Positions 8,530 through 17,839 of a DNA stretch of 64,000 nucleotides are shown here, one piece after another (positions within the stretch are counted from its first letter, which is position 1; the number at the start of each line of letters is the position of its first letter). The DNA comes from Patescibacteria group bacterium (GTDB lineage: Bacteria; Patescibacteriota; Microgenomatia; UBA8517): contig DATDRP010000006.1 of the NCBI GenBank assembly GCA_035291665.1, forward strand, positions 74,961-138,960, in the 5' to 3' direction. The notes beneath the pieces are model-generated. The model did not search any database. It saw nothing but the letters and a program-made list of their open reading frames with translations, and was not told the DNA's origin. The translations under genes and the position numbers were made by a program.

Positions 8530-9828
8530 ATGCAGACACCAAGAACAGAATTTGCACAAGCCCTTCGGGCAATCGCAGCTGAGCGGGATCTTGATCCCGA
8601 GGTTATTATTGACACCATTAAGCAGGCAATTGTTGCTGCTTATAAAAGGGATGCCAAAGATCAAGGTGTCGAAACTGAAGAGTTTGAGTATGAAGTTGAG
8701 TTGAACCCCTCAAACGGTGAAGCAAAAGTTTTTTCGTGGCCACTGGAGAAACCCGAAGAGAAAAAAGATGTAACACCCCCCGGTTTCGGAAGGATAGCAG
8801 CCCAAACAGCAAAACAGGTAATTCATCAAAAGATCCGTGAGGCTGAAAAAGGGGCCATTATCAGTGAGTACAGCGAAAAAGTCGGCAGTCTTGTGACGGG
8901 AATGATACTTCGTTTCGAAGGCTCGGACGTTCGTGTTGATCTTGGAAAAACAGAAGGGATAATGCCGGCGTCGGAAAGAGTCCCGAACGAAAGATTAAAC
9001 GCCAATCAAAGGCTGACGTTTTTGCTGAAAGAAATCACAGAAACTCCGAAGGGAAAACTATTAACCCTCTCAAGGTCTGATCCCCAATTCGTTCAAAAAC
9101 TTTTTGCGAGAGAGGTTCCTGAGATCGGTTCGGGAAGTGTTGAAGTGAAAGGGATTGTCAGAGAACCGGGAGTAAGGTCAAAAATTGCCGTGTTTTCGAA
9201 TCAATCAGGAGTTGATCCGGTTGGCTCATGTGTCGGTCAAAAAGGTGTCCGGGTACAATCCGTCACAAATGAACTTGGCGGAGAGAGGGTTGATATTGTT
9301 CCTTTTAATATCGATTTGGTTGAATTTGTCAAAGCAGCACTTTCTCCTGCGGAAGGATTAAGCGTTTCGATCAGCAAAGACAAGACAGGTGCAATTGTTA
9401 AAGCTCCGGAGGACCAGCTTTCCCTGGCTATCGGACGTGAAGGACAGAATGCGCGTTTGGCATCAAAATTGACCGGAGTAAAAATTGATATTGAAGGTAT
9501 TCCCGGAGAGAAAACCCCAAAGTCTGTAGAAAAAGAGGAAGTAAAAGTGAAAACTGAAGAGAAGGCGGATTTGGTACCCTCGGATGAAAAACCGGCTGAA
9601 GAGGCTCCTCTTGCTGGAGAGGCTGATTTACCAACCCAAACACAGCCTATACAAGCTAACGATTCCGCTTCGAACAATTCCGGAAGCGCTCCGTCGGATG
9701 ATCAGGCAGGTAGCGTTACAAGTAATGACAATACGGCAGTCCCACAGGCTGAAGAAACCGCAGACACTAAAGAAGTATCCGTTGACGATTTGAAAAAGCA
9801 GGGAGACGATAAAAAAGACGAAGCTTAA
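8530..9828 (+). CDS. nusA: Transcription termination/antitermination factor NusA
   Basis: N-terminal domain, S1 and two KH domains. Acidic, low-complexity C-terminal tail. No AR1/AR2. Confidence 0.9.
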   Translation: MQTPRTEFAQALRAIAAERDLDPEVIIDTIKQAIVAAYKRDAKDQGVETEEFEYEVELNPSNGEAKVFSWPLEKPEEKKDVTPPGFGRIAAQTAKQVIHQKIREAEKGAIISEYSEKVGSLVTGMILRFEGSDVRVDLGKTEGIMPASERVPNERLNANQRLTFLLKEITETPKGKLLTLSRSDPQFVQKLFAREVPEIGSGSVEVKGIVREPGVRSKIAVFSNQSGVDPVGSCVGQKGVRVQSVTNELGGERVDIVPFNIDLVEFVKAALSPAEGLSVSISKDKTGAIVKAPEDQLSLAIGREGQNARLASKLTGVKIDIEGIPGEKTPKSVEKEEVKVKTEEKADLVPSDEKPAEEAPLAGEADLPTQTQPIQANDSASNNSGSAPSDDQAGSVTSNDNTAVPQAEETADTKEVSVDDLKKQGDDKKDEA

Positions 9829-9864
9829 TGAAAAATTTATTCTTTTTTAGAAAGGAACAATTTT

Positions 9865-11274
9865 ATGATGGAAACAAGACCTCCGGTTGTAACAGTCTTA
9901 GGCCATGTTGATCACGGCAAGACGACGCTTCTTGATGCTCTAAGAAAAACTTCTGTTGCCGAAAAAGAAGCCGGCGGAATAACGCAAAGCATTGGTTCAT
10001 CTGTTGTTACAACGGCAGACGGTAAGAAAATAACTTTTATTGATACACCCGGGCACGCTGCTTTCACGAAAATGCGGAGCCGTGGAGCGAAAGCTGCCGA
10101 CATCGCAATACTGATAGTTGCTGCAGATGATGGCGTTAAACCACAAACAAAAGAAGCCCTAAAAATAATTTTGGGAGAGCATATCCCATATATAGTAGTT
10201 CTCACAAAGAAAGATTTACCTAATGCTGACACAGAGAAATGTCTTGGTGAACTTGAGAAAGAGGGCATTGCTTTCGAAGGAAGGGGTGGCGATGTACCGT
10301 ATCTGGCAGTTTCTGCAAAAAAAGGTGAGGGGTTGAAAGAACTTCTGGAATTGATAGTCTTGGTGGCCGATGTCACCGGAATTAATGCTGATAAACAGGG
10401 AGCACTTCAGGGATTTGTTGTTGAAACAAGAAAAGACAAACGCGGACCTTTGGCATCTTTGGTAATTACAAACGGAACAATGCGAATTGGAGACGATATA
10501 TTGTGCGACCAAAAAGTGAGTAGGGTGAGGGGGATATTTAATTTTCTTGAAAAGTCGGTAAAAGAAGTTTTTCCCGGAGAACCCGCACTCGTTATTGGTT
10601 TTACTGAACCTCCGGCAGTCGGGTCACAAATTCATTCCATATCGGATAGTTCGGTTGAGGTAAAAAAAGATATTCCGATCGATGTGAGAGGTGAAGAAAC
10701 AAAATTAGGTAGTATTCCCAAACTCAGGCTTGTAGTTAAAACCTTGACCACCGGGAGTTTGGAAGCAATTACCCAGGGTTTGCCGGACGGGGTTGAAGTG
10801 GTTTCAAAAGGTGTAGGAGACGTTATTGATGCTGATGTTTTTTCCTGCAAAGCCTCCAGAAACTGTCGGATATTTGTATTCGAAGCTAAAGTTCCGAATG
10901 ATGTTTCAAAACTAGCTGAAATGGAAGGAGTAGAAATTGAAAGCTTTAATATAATCTACAAACTGTTCGAAAGAGTCGATGAAATTATAAAATCCGGAGA
11001 AGACGAGGTGATGGGAAGTGCTGAAATTATTGCAATATTCCCCTACGAGAAGAAAAGAGTTGCAGGCTGTAAAGTAACCAAGGGTGTAATTGAGAAGAAA
11101 TATCCCTTAAAAATTATGAAAAAAGGAAAAAGTATTGGTAGAACGAAAATCGTTTCAATGAAAAAAGAGAAAAAAGATATTATCTCCTCTGTTGCCGGTG
11201 AAGAATTCGGGGCAATCTTTGAGCCTTATCTTGATTTTGAGAAAGGCGATGTGTTAATATCCATACGCAAATAG
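9865..11274 (+). CDS. infB: Translation initiation factor IF-2 (short form, 469 aa)
   Basis: G domain ([31 protein letters not shown]) followed by domain II and the C domains. It lacks the long N-terminal region. Confidence 0.9.
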   Translation: MMETRPPVVTVLGHVDHGKTTLLDALRKTSVAEKEAGGITQSIGSSVVTTADGKKITFIDTPGHAAFTKMRSRGAKAADIAILIVAADDGVKPQTKEALKIILGEHIPYIVVLTKKDLPNADTEKCLGELEKEGIAFEGRGGDVPYLAVSAKKGEGLKELLELIVLVADVTGINADKQGALQGFVVETRKDKRGPLASLVITNGTMRIGDDILCDQKVSRVRGIFNFLEKSVKEVFPGEPALVIGFTEPPAVGSQIHSISDSSVEVKKDIPIDVRGEETKLGSIPKLRLVVKTLTTGSLEAITQGLPDGVEVVSKGVGDVIDADVFSCKASRNCRIFVFEAKVPNDVSKLAEMEGVEIESFNIIYKLFERVDEIIKSGEDEVMGSAEIIAIFPYEKKRVAGCKVTKGVIEKKYPLKIMKKGKSIGRTKIVSMKKEKKDIISSVAGEEFGAIFEPYLDFEKGDVLISIRK

Positions 11275-11368
11275 TATTATTACTATAAGTTACGATATCT
11301 TTTGCTTTTGCGATAGTATTGTAAAATTATTAGGACAGATAGACAACTTGTCTAATAAATAAAAAGCT

Positions 11369-12439
11369 ATGGACAATTCTTTCAAATCCGTAATTGATTC
11401 AGCAAATTCAATATTGATCCTTCTGCCGACAAAACCTTACTTTGATCAGGTCGCAGCAGGGCTTTCTCTTTATTTATCGCTTCTGCATTCGGGAAAAAGT
11501 GTATCCGTATATTCCCCCGCTCCCGCAACAGTGGAATTTAACCGCCTGATCGGGGTTGATAAAATCACAAATGAGCTCGGAAACAAGAATCTCGTCATTT
11601 CATTTCCGAACTATAATTCCTCCGATATCGAAAGAGTCAGCTATGATGTCGAGGAAGGAATATCTGTTTTGACAATCATTCCAAAATCTGATGCCGTTGC
11701 ACCTAAAAAAGATGATGTTGAGTTTTCCTACACCGGGGTATCCTCCGACACGGTTATCTTGATCGGTGGGGCAAACGAGACGCATTTTCCGAAAATTGCG
11801 GATAAGGATTTGGCAAATGCTAAAATTTACCACATTGGCACCCGCCCCTTGAGTGCCGACCCTGCAAAAAATATAATTTCTTTTTCTCAAGCTACCCCGT
11901 CGGTTTCCGAGATTGTATTTATTTTGATTAATGAATCGGCTTTAACTCTTGAACCGGATATTGCGACCAATCTTTTGATGGGGATCGAAGATGCAACCGA
12001 TAATTATCAAAGTCCCAATGTCCTTCCCGAAACATTTGAAATTACGGCAGCTTTGATTCGAAGCGGTGGCAGAAGATATGCAGGAAAAGGCCTTGATACC
12101 GGAGGTTTCCCGGATGGTGCAATTCCCCGAACCAGCGTGACACCACCTCCAACCATGCCAAGCGGCTTTGATTTCAACGATAACCCCGTTGTTGATCAAA
12201 CAATGGATGAGACGGATTTCGGTCCAACTCCTCCCATATTTGATAAACCGGGTCCTTTGTCACAGGCAACTCCTTCTGCTCAGAAAAATATTCAAAAACA
12301 AGTTTCGGATAAAAACCCCGATGAAAAAGAGGAAGATTCTTTTATGGCTGAAGAAAAACCGGATGAAACCGAAGAAATAGAAAATCCCCCATCAGACTGG
12401 CTCCAGCCGAAAATCTACCGCGGAACTTCAATGAGTTGA
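11369..12439 (+). CDS. DHH/DHHA1-like (NrnA-like) protein with degenerate catalytic motifs and a P/E-rich tail
   Basis: The scaffold PYFDQVAAGLSLYLSL aligns with the DHH motif-I region HxxPDGDAIGSALAL, but only one Asp is retained. No DHH triad is recognisable. GGANETH stands where the DHHA1 GGGH motif would be. Confidence 0.35.
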   Translation: MDNSFKSVIDSANSILILLPTKPYFDQVAAGLSLYLSLLHSGKSVSVYSPAPATVEFNRLIGVDKITNELGNKNLVISFPNYNSSDIERVSYDVEEGISVLTIIPKSDAVAPKKDDVEFSYTGVSSDTVILIGGANETHFPKIADKDLANAKIYHIGTRPLSADPAKNIISFSQATPSVSEIVFILINESALTLEPDIATNLLMGIEDATDNYQSPNVLPETFEITAALIRSGGRRYAGKGLDTGGFPDGAIPRTSVTPPPTMPSGFDFNDNPVVDQTMDETDFGPTPPIFDKPGPLSQATPSAQKNIQKQVSDKNPDEKEEDSFMAEEKPDETEEIENPPSDWLQPKIYRGTSMS

Positions 12440-12440
12440 T

Positions 12441-12770
12441 CTACTCGCTTTCATTATCTTCGATAAATACATCACGCGATGCATAAACCACTTCATGTAC
12501 CTCACCATTATTAAGTTTTAATTGTCCATATCCGTGTCCCGACCCGGGAATATATTGGTGATCGACAATTTTACCTTTTTCTTTTTCACCAGTAATACGA
12601 TGGTGTTCTCTTATATCTTTTAACCATTTCGGGATCGGGATTTTTTGCACACCATGAAATGTTATTGGACACGTATTGGGAGATGGTGTTCCATCTACAT
12701 TCTCAGGCCAGTCGATATTTTCGATTCTGAACTCACAACCATAGACTGTGCATTTAATCTCACCTTTCAT
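12441..12770 (-). CDS. Hypothetical protein (109 aa) with Cys/His clusters
   Basis: Intact ORF. CTVYGC...TCP and HHRITGE...GSGHGYG suggest metal binding. No confident family assignment. Confidence 0.4.
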   Translation of the reverse strand: MKGEIKCTVYGCEFRIENIDWPENVDGTPSPNTCPITFHGVQKIPIPKWLKDIREHHRITGEKEKGKIVDHQYIPGSGHGYGQLKLNNGEVHEVVYASRDVFIEDNESE

Positions 12771-12932
12771 GGAAAGTATTGTAGGTTATAAATTATTAAA
12801 TTCAAACTAGAGTAGCGAGATAGATTGTATTTCTTTATAAAAGCTGTTATCATACAATCCGTTAAGTTAAATTAGTACAGCATGGTTATCCGACAGTCCG
12901 ACGCTAACTGTAGCTGATACAATAATAAACAC

Positions 12933-13202
12933 ATGGCATTATCAAAGGACAAGAAACAGGAAATTATAAAAAAGTTCGCCATTGAAAAAGGCGATACGGG
13001 TTCCCCGGAAGTACAAATTGCACTTCTTTCAGTACAAATTGATAAACTTGCGGAACATTTGAAGGAACATAAAAAAGACAACCATTCAAGAAGAGGTCTT
13101 CTATCGATGGTTGCGAAAAGAAGGAGACTTTTGAATTATTTGAAGAAAAGAAGTGAGGAAAGATACCTCAAGTTAACGAAAGAGTTAAAACTGGAGAAAT
13201 AA
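12933..13202 (+). CDS. rpsO: 30S ribosomal protein S15
   Basis: 89 aa. S15 signature: [38 protein letters not shown]. Confidence 0.9.
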   Translation: MALSKDKKQEIIKKFAIEKGDTGSPEVQIALLSVQIDKLAEHLKEHKKDNHSRRGLLSMVAKRRRLLNYLKKRSEERYLKLTKELKLEK

Positions 13203-13355
13203 ATATAAACATATTAATCTCATATATTATATACGGCAAATAAAACGGATATCTGCAAATGCAAGTAATTACCATTAATCAAACACCAAATTACAAATAA
13301 ATTCACATTTTAAATTATCAAAATTAACTTTTAGAATAAATCATTTAATAAATTT

Positions 13356-15638
13356 ATGAAAAAAATTGAAAAAACATTTGAGTTAGCGGGTAAGAAATTA
13401 ACCCTTACCACCGGTCATGTTGCCGCGCAGGCAACCGGAGCGGTTATGGCCCAATACGGCGAGACTGTTGTCTTGGCAACAGTTGTCTCGGCACCCTTAA
13501 AGCAACAGTTGGATTATTTTCCTCTCAGCGTTGAATATCAGGAAAAACTTTACGCCGGCGGAAGAATCAAAGGCAGCCGTTGGGTGAAAAGGGAGGGACG
13601 TCCTACCGATGAGGAAATATTATCCGGAAGACTTATTGACCGTTCGATAAGACCGCTTTTCCCCAAGGAGTATAAGAAGGATGTTCAGGTTATTTTGACA
13701 GTTTTATCCGTTGATATGGAAAATTCTCCGGCAATAACAGCCGCGATTGCAGTTTCGGCAGCTTTATCCCTGTCGTCAATTCCCTGGATGGGACCTGTCA
13801 GTATTTTACGGGTTGGTCTTGATGGAGATAAATACGTAATTAACCCAACAAACGGACAAATGGAAGCGTCTCCCTTGGATTTGATTGTTTCTTCAACAAA
13901 AGATGCTGTAGTAATGATCGAGGCGGGTGGAAACGAAGTCCCCGAGGAAAAAATCATTGCCGGTATAACAGAAGCTAAAAAGGAAGGCGATAAATTAATT
14001 AAGTTTATTTCCGACTTTGCCGATTCGGTCGGTACGAAAAAAGAAGTCCTTCCCAAAGAAGAAAAAAACGAGTCAGTTATTAAAAAAGTAAAAAAACTTG
14101 CTGACGATACCCTGAAAGATTTGGTTTCCAAAATGGCAACCAAAGAGGCTGATTATGCCACATTCGACGAAGCCAAAAAGGCTGTTATGGCTGAGTTTGA
14201 GGGTGATGAGGTTTTACTTGCAGGTGAGGTTTTTGAGAAGTTATATAAAGATGAAGTTCGGAAACTCATTCTTTCGGGTAAACGCGCTGACGGAAGGAAA
14301 CACGATGAACTAAGAGAACTCTCGGCTATGGTATCTGTTCTTCCCAGAACTCACGGTTCAGCTATTTTCAGCCGGGGACAAACACAAGCTTTATCGATTG
14401 CAACAATTGGTGCACCTTCACTGGGGCAAACGATTGAATCTGCAGAAGGTGAGGAAACAAAACGCTATATGCACCATTACTCAATGCCGCCGTTTTCAAC
14501 CGGAGAAACCGGAAGAATCGGATCTCCATCCAGAAGAGAGATCGGGCATGGCGCTCTTGCTGAAAGAGCTCTTCTTCCTGTTATTCCATCAGAGGATGAG
14601 TTTCCGTACGCCATAAGAGTTGCGACTGAAGTTCTATCATCGAACGGATCAACTTCAATGGCATCAGCTTGTGGATCGTCTCTTTCACTGATGGATGCAG
14701 GTGTTCCGATAAAGTCTCCGGTTGGTGGAATAGCAATGGGAGTTGTTATCGAAGACGAGAAAAATTATGCAATTTTGACAGACATTGTTGGTATAGAGGA
14801 CGGAAATGGTGATATGGATTTTAAGGTAGCCGGGACTAAGGATGGAATTACAGCACTTCAGCTTGATGTAAAAACATTAAAATTGTCAGTTGATATTTTG
14901 GAAAAAGCAATCGCTCAAGCTAAAACAGCAAGAGAGAAAATTTTAGCAGTCATGACAAAGGCGATTTCTGCTCCTCGGGAAAAAGTTTCAAAATATGCTC
15001 CAAAGATTAAGATTATAAAGATTGACGTAAGTAAAATTGGGGAATTAATCGGTCCGGGTGGAAAGATTATCAAAGGTTTGATCGCATCAACAGGCTCACA
15101 AATAGACGTTGATGACGATGGAAAGGTTTTCATTTCAGCAGTTGATGAGGCAAGCGTTGATAAGGCAGTTGAAGCTGTAAACAATCTTTTCAGAGAGCCG
15201 GTTGCAGGCGAGGTTTATGAGGGTGTTGTTCGGAGAATCCAGCCATTCGGTGCTTTTATTGAAATTTTTCCCGGAAAAGAAGGAATGGTCCACGTTTCCG
15301 ATATGAGTGAGGATTATGTTTCGAATCCTTCGGATATTGTTAAAATCGACGACGTTGTCAAAGTCCGCGTCAAAGAGATTGATGAACTGGGTAGGGTAAA
15401 CCTTTCGATGCTTTTGGATGGTGACAAACCAAAAGCACCAAGGCGTGAAAGTGGAGGTTTCGAAAGACGTTATGATGACCGTGGTTCCAGGGGTGGCGGA
15501 ATGTCAAGAGACCGGCGTCCCAGAAGAGATAATTACTCAAGAAATGACAGACGCGATAGATCCGGTGGCAGATCCGGTGGTCCCCACTTCCCTACCAGCA
15601 GGTTTATTGAAGAAAGCAGAAAGAAGTACGACAGATAA
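13356..15638 (+). CDS. pnp: Polynucleotide phosphorylase
   Basis: Two RNase PH domains, then KH and S1 domains, then an R/G/D-rich C-terminal tail. Follows rpsO as in the canonical operon. Confidence 0.95.
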   Translation: MKKIEKTFELAGKKLTLTTGHVAAQATGAVMAQYGETVVLATVVSAPLKQQLDYFPLSVEYQEKLYAGGRIKGSRWVKREGRPTDEEILSGRLIDRSIRPLFPKEYKKDVQVILTVLSVDMENSPAITAAIAVSAALSLSSIPWMGPVSILRVGLDGDKYVINPTNGQMEASPLDLIVSSTKDAVVMIEAGGNEVPEEKIIAGITEAKKEGDKLIKFISDFADSVGTKKEVLPKEEKNESVIKKVKKLADDTLKDLVSKMATKEADYATFDEAKKAVMAEFEGDEVLLAGEVFEKLYKDEVRKLILSGKRADGRKHDELRELSAMVSVLPRTHGSAIFSRGQTQALSIATIGAPSLGQTIESAEGEETKRYMHHYSMPPFSTGETGRIGSPSRREIGHGALAERALLPVIPSEDEFPYAIRVATEVLSSNGSTSMASACGSSLSLMDAGVPIKSPVGGIAMGVVIEDEKNYAILTDIVGIEDGNGDMDFKVAGTKDGITALQLDVKTLKLSVDILEKAIAQAKTAREKILAVMTKAISAPREKVSKYAPKIKIIKIDVSKIGELIGPGGKIIKGLIASTGSQIDVDDDGKVFISAVDEASVDKAVEAVNNLFREPVAGEVYEGVVRRIQPFGAFIEIFPGKEGMVHVSDMSEDYVSNPSDIVKIDDVVKVRVKEIDELGRVNLSMLLDGDKPKAPRRESGGFERRYDDRGSRGGGMSRDRRPRRDNYSRNDRRDRSGGRSGGPHFPTSRFIEESRKKYDR

Positions 15639-15808
15639 AGTCCCCCGACCTTACTTTCGCACCCATTCGCGATGGAGGATAAAATTCAGTTAAGTTTTTT
15701 TATCCTATTGGAAACCTTTTACTAATTCAACTAACCAAGATGGAGGATGTTACAACAGATTTCAAGAAAACCACCGAGTCTGACTCGGTGGATGAATTGA
15801 ATTCTGAT

Positions 15809-15861
15809 ATGTCATCCTCCTTTAGAGGAAACCCCGCTCGTAAGAGCGGGGAAGATGTCAT
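15809..15861. repeat. REP-like miniature palindromic element, copy B
   Basis: ATGTCATCCTCC at 15809-15820. A small hairpin tcctc/gagga. A perfect 8-bp hairpin CCCCGCTC-GTAA-GAGCGGGG at 15832-15851 with a GNRA-type loop. It ends with AAGATGTCAT, and a T8 run follows at 15871-15878. Confidence 0.5.
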
Positions 15862-15898
15862 AGTTGATGATTTTTTTTAATGGTAAAATAATATTTAT

Positions 15899-16951
15899 AT
15901 GGTAAGTGATGCTTCACAGGAACAACTTAAGATTATTGAGGACAAGGTCAGAAATTCAAAAATTCCGGACGATTTGAGAGCGCGGATAGATCTTCGTTTG
16001 CAGCAATTGGAGCGGCTCATATTATCACCTTCTTTTTTACCGGAACTGGACAGAATCTCCCGGTACGTTGATTGGATTACAACAATCCCCTGGTATGCAA
16101 GGACTGAAGACAATTTGGACTTGACTCACGCTCAAAAAATACTGGATAAAAATCATCATGGTCTGGGAGAAATTAAGGATAGAATCCTCGAATATATTTC
16201 AATAATGAAACTTAAGCAGGAAAAGGGTGAGGGTGAAGATATTATGCGGGCGCCGGCTCTTTGTTTTGTGGGATTAGTAGGAACCGGAAAAACTACAATT
16301 GCTCTTTCGATTGCTGAAGCGCTTGGGAGAAAGTTTGTCAGAATTCCATTTGGCGGTATGGAAAACCCCTTTGATTTGAGAGGTCAGTCAAAAGTTCAAC
16401 CTGAAGCAGAACCGGGAAAAATCGTCAAAGCACTACGTTTGTCTCGAGCAAAAAATCCTGTAATTCTACTCGATGAAATCGACCGTGTTACCGATATGGG
16501 ACGCGCATCGATCATGGGAGTTTTGGTTGAGCTTTTGGATCCGGGTCAAAATCACGCTTATACCGACTATTATATTGACTATCCGGTTGACCTGTCGGAA
16601 GTATTATTTGTGGCAACCGCCAATAATACACACCATATAGCAACCGCTGTTTTGGACAGACTTGAGCCAATTTCAATGCCTTCTTATTCAGATGCGGAAA
16701 AAATTACAATAGGTAAGGATTATATGTTACCCGTAATTTTGAAGGAATCAGGTCTTCGTGAGGGGGATCTGGTGATTAACGACGATGTCTGGCCGCAAAT
16801 TGTCAGACCGCTAGGTTTTGACGCCGGGACGCGTACACTTGAACGGACAATTAAAGGAGTTGCCAGAAAAGTTGCCCGTTTAATTGTTGAAGGAAAGGGA
16901 GATAAATTTATTTTAACCCCCCAGAACATAAAAGAATTCCTACCCAGGTAA
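15899..16951 (+). CDS. Lon-derived AAA+ ATPase lacking both the LON N-domain and the S16 peptidase domain
   Basis: Aligns with Lon residues ~240-585. It has Walker A GLVGTGKTT, Walker B ILLDEIDR, sensor-1 ATANN, and arginines in DRLEP and GTRTLERTI. The ORF stops where the Lon protease domain would begin, and no protease domain is found downstream in any frame. Confidence 0.7.
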   Translation: MVSDASQEQLKIIEDKVRNSKIPDDLRARIDLRLQQLERLILSPSFLPELDRISRYVDWITTIPWYARTEDNLDLTHAQKILDKNHHGLGEIKDRILEYISIMKLKQEKGEGEDIMRAPALCFVGLVGTGKTTIALSIAEALGRKFVRIPFGGMENPFDLRGQSKVQPEAEPGKIVKALRLSRAKNPVILLDEIDRVTDMGRASIMGVLVELLDPGQNHAYTDYYIDYPVDLSEVLFVATANNTHHIATAVLDRLEPISMPSYSDAEKITIGKDYMLPVILKESGLREGDLVINDDVWPQIVRPLGFDAGTRTLERTIKGVARKVARLIVEGKGDKFILTPQNIKEFLPR

Positions 16952-17087
16952 ACAAAAGGTGTTATCATACGAATTTTTACTAATGAAGCGAATATTTACT
17001 TATTACGATTGATTCGATGAAATTTCGGTTATTATAATCTTAATTCGTAATCGTTAGTATATTAGGGAAAATTATTAACAAGCTGAA

Positions 17088-17101
17088 ACCGCATATGCGT
17101 T
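17088..17101. promoter_or_regulatory. PaaX-box-like palindrome ACCGCATATGCGTT upstream of the UDG gene
   Basis: 13/14 match to AACGCATATGCGTT found at the PaaX-like gene promoter. Lies 72 nt upstream of the start at 17173. Confidence 0.4.
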
Positions 17102-17172
17102 GAAGTTGTGTAAAAAAGGGCATAAGAAGATTGCTATCATTTATGTCATTGGTGTTTGCAGCCTGAATTATT

Positions 17173-17811
17173 ATGGGAAAACAAGAACTTCTCAATCAAT
17201 TAAAGAAAAAAATGTCAGATGATGTTACGCTACCGCTTCGGAAAGGTTCAACCCAACTTGTATTCGGAGATGGAAATCCGGACGCAAAGATCTTGTTCAT
17301 CGGCGAGGGGCCGGGTTATTGGGAAGATGTTAAAGGAATTCCCTTTGTCGGGAATGCAGGCGCCCTTTTGAACCAGATGCTCATGATGGTAAAAGTACCA
17401 AGAAAGGATGTTTTCATCACAAACGTTATTCATCATCGGGCACCGCAAAACCGCGATCCGCTTCCGGAGGAAATAAAGGCATATCAACCGTATCTTGACG
17501 AAATAATAAAAGTTATAGACCCGAAAGTTATTGTCACCTTGGGAAGATTCTCGATGGCTAAGTTTTTACCGGGTGTATTCATATCCAGTGTTCATGGTAG
17601 GGAGAAAAAAGTTCAAATTGATGGTAAAAATCGAATTATACTCCCGATGTACCATCCGGCTGCGGCGCTTCGCAATGGTGATGTAAAGCTAAAATTCAAG
17701 ATGGATTTTGAAAAATTGCCTGATATATTAAAGGAAGCGGACAAAATTGAAGAGCAGGGGGTTGTTAAGGAAAAGGACGAGGCAAAAGCTGAACAAATGA
17801 ACTTAATATAA
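17173..17811 (+). CDS. Uracil-DNA glycosylase, family 4-like, lacking all Fe-S cysteine ligands
   Basis: GEGPGYWEDVKGIPFVGNAG matches family-4 motif A. MYHPAAALRN matches motif B. There is no cysteine in the protein. Confidence 0.75.
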   Translation: MGKQELLNQLKKKMSDDVTLPLRKGSTQLVFGDGNPDAKILFIGEGPGYWEDVKGIPFVGNAGALLNQMLMMVKVPRKDVFITNVIHHRAPQNRDPLPEEIKAYQPYLDEIIKVIDPKVIVTLGRFSMAKFLPGVFISSVHGREKKVQIDGKNRIILPMYHPAAALRNGDVKLKFKMDFEKLPDILKEADKIEEQGVVKEKDEAKAEQMNLI

Positions 17812-17839
17812 AATTTAATTTTTGATATTATAAGTAAGT

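Noticed and set aside
15740-15880. A 46-codon acidic ORF (MEDVTTDFKKTTESDSVDELNSDMSSSFRGNPARKSGEDVIVDDFF) between pnp and the Lon-like gene. Its ATG sits inside a GGAGGATG motif.
   Set aside because: It overlaps REP-like copy B and several GGAGGATG repeats, so the open frame is probably a by-product of the repeat sequence. It has no SD and no support beyond being open. It was kept only as a note, since it could be a leader peptide.
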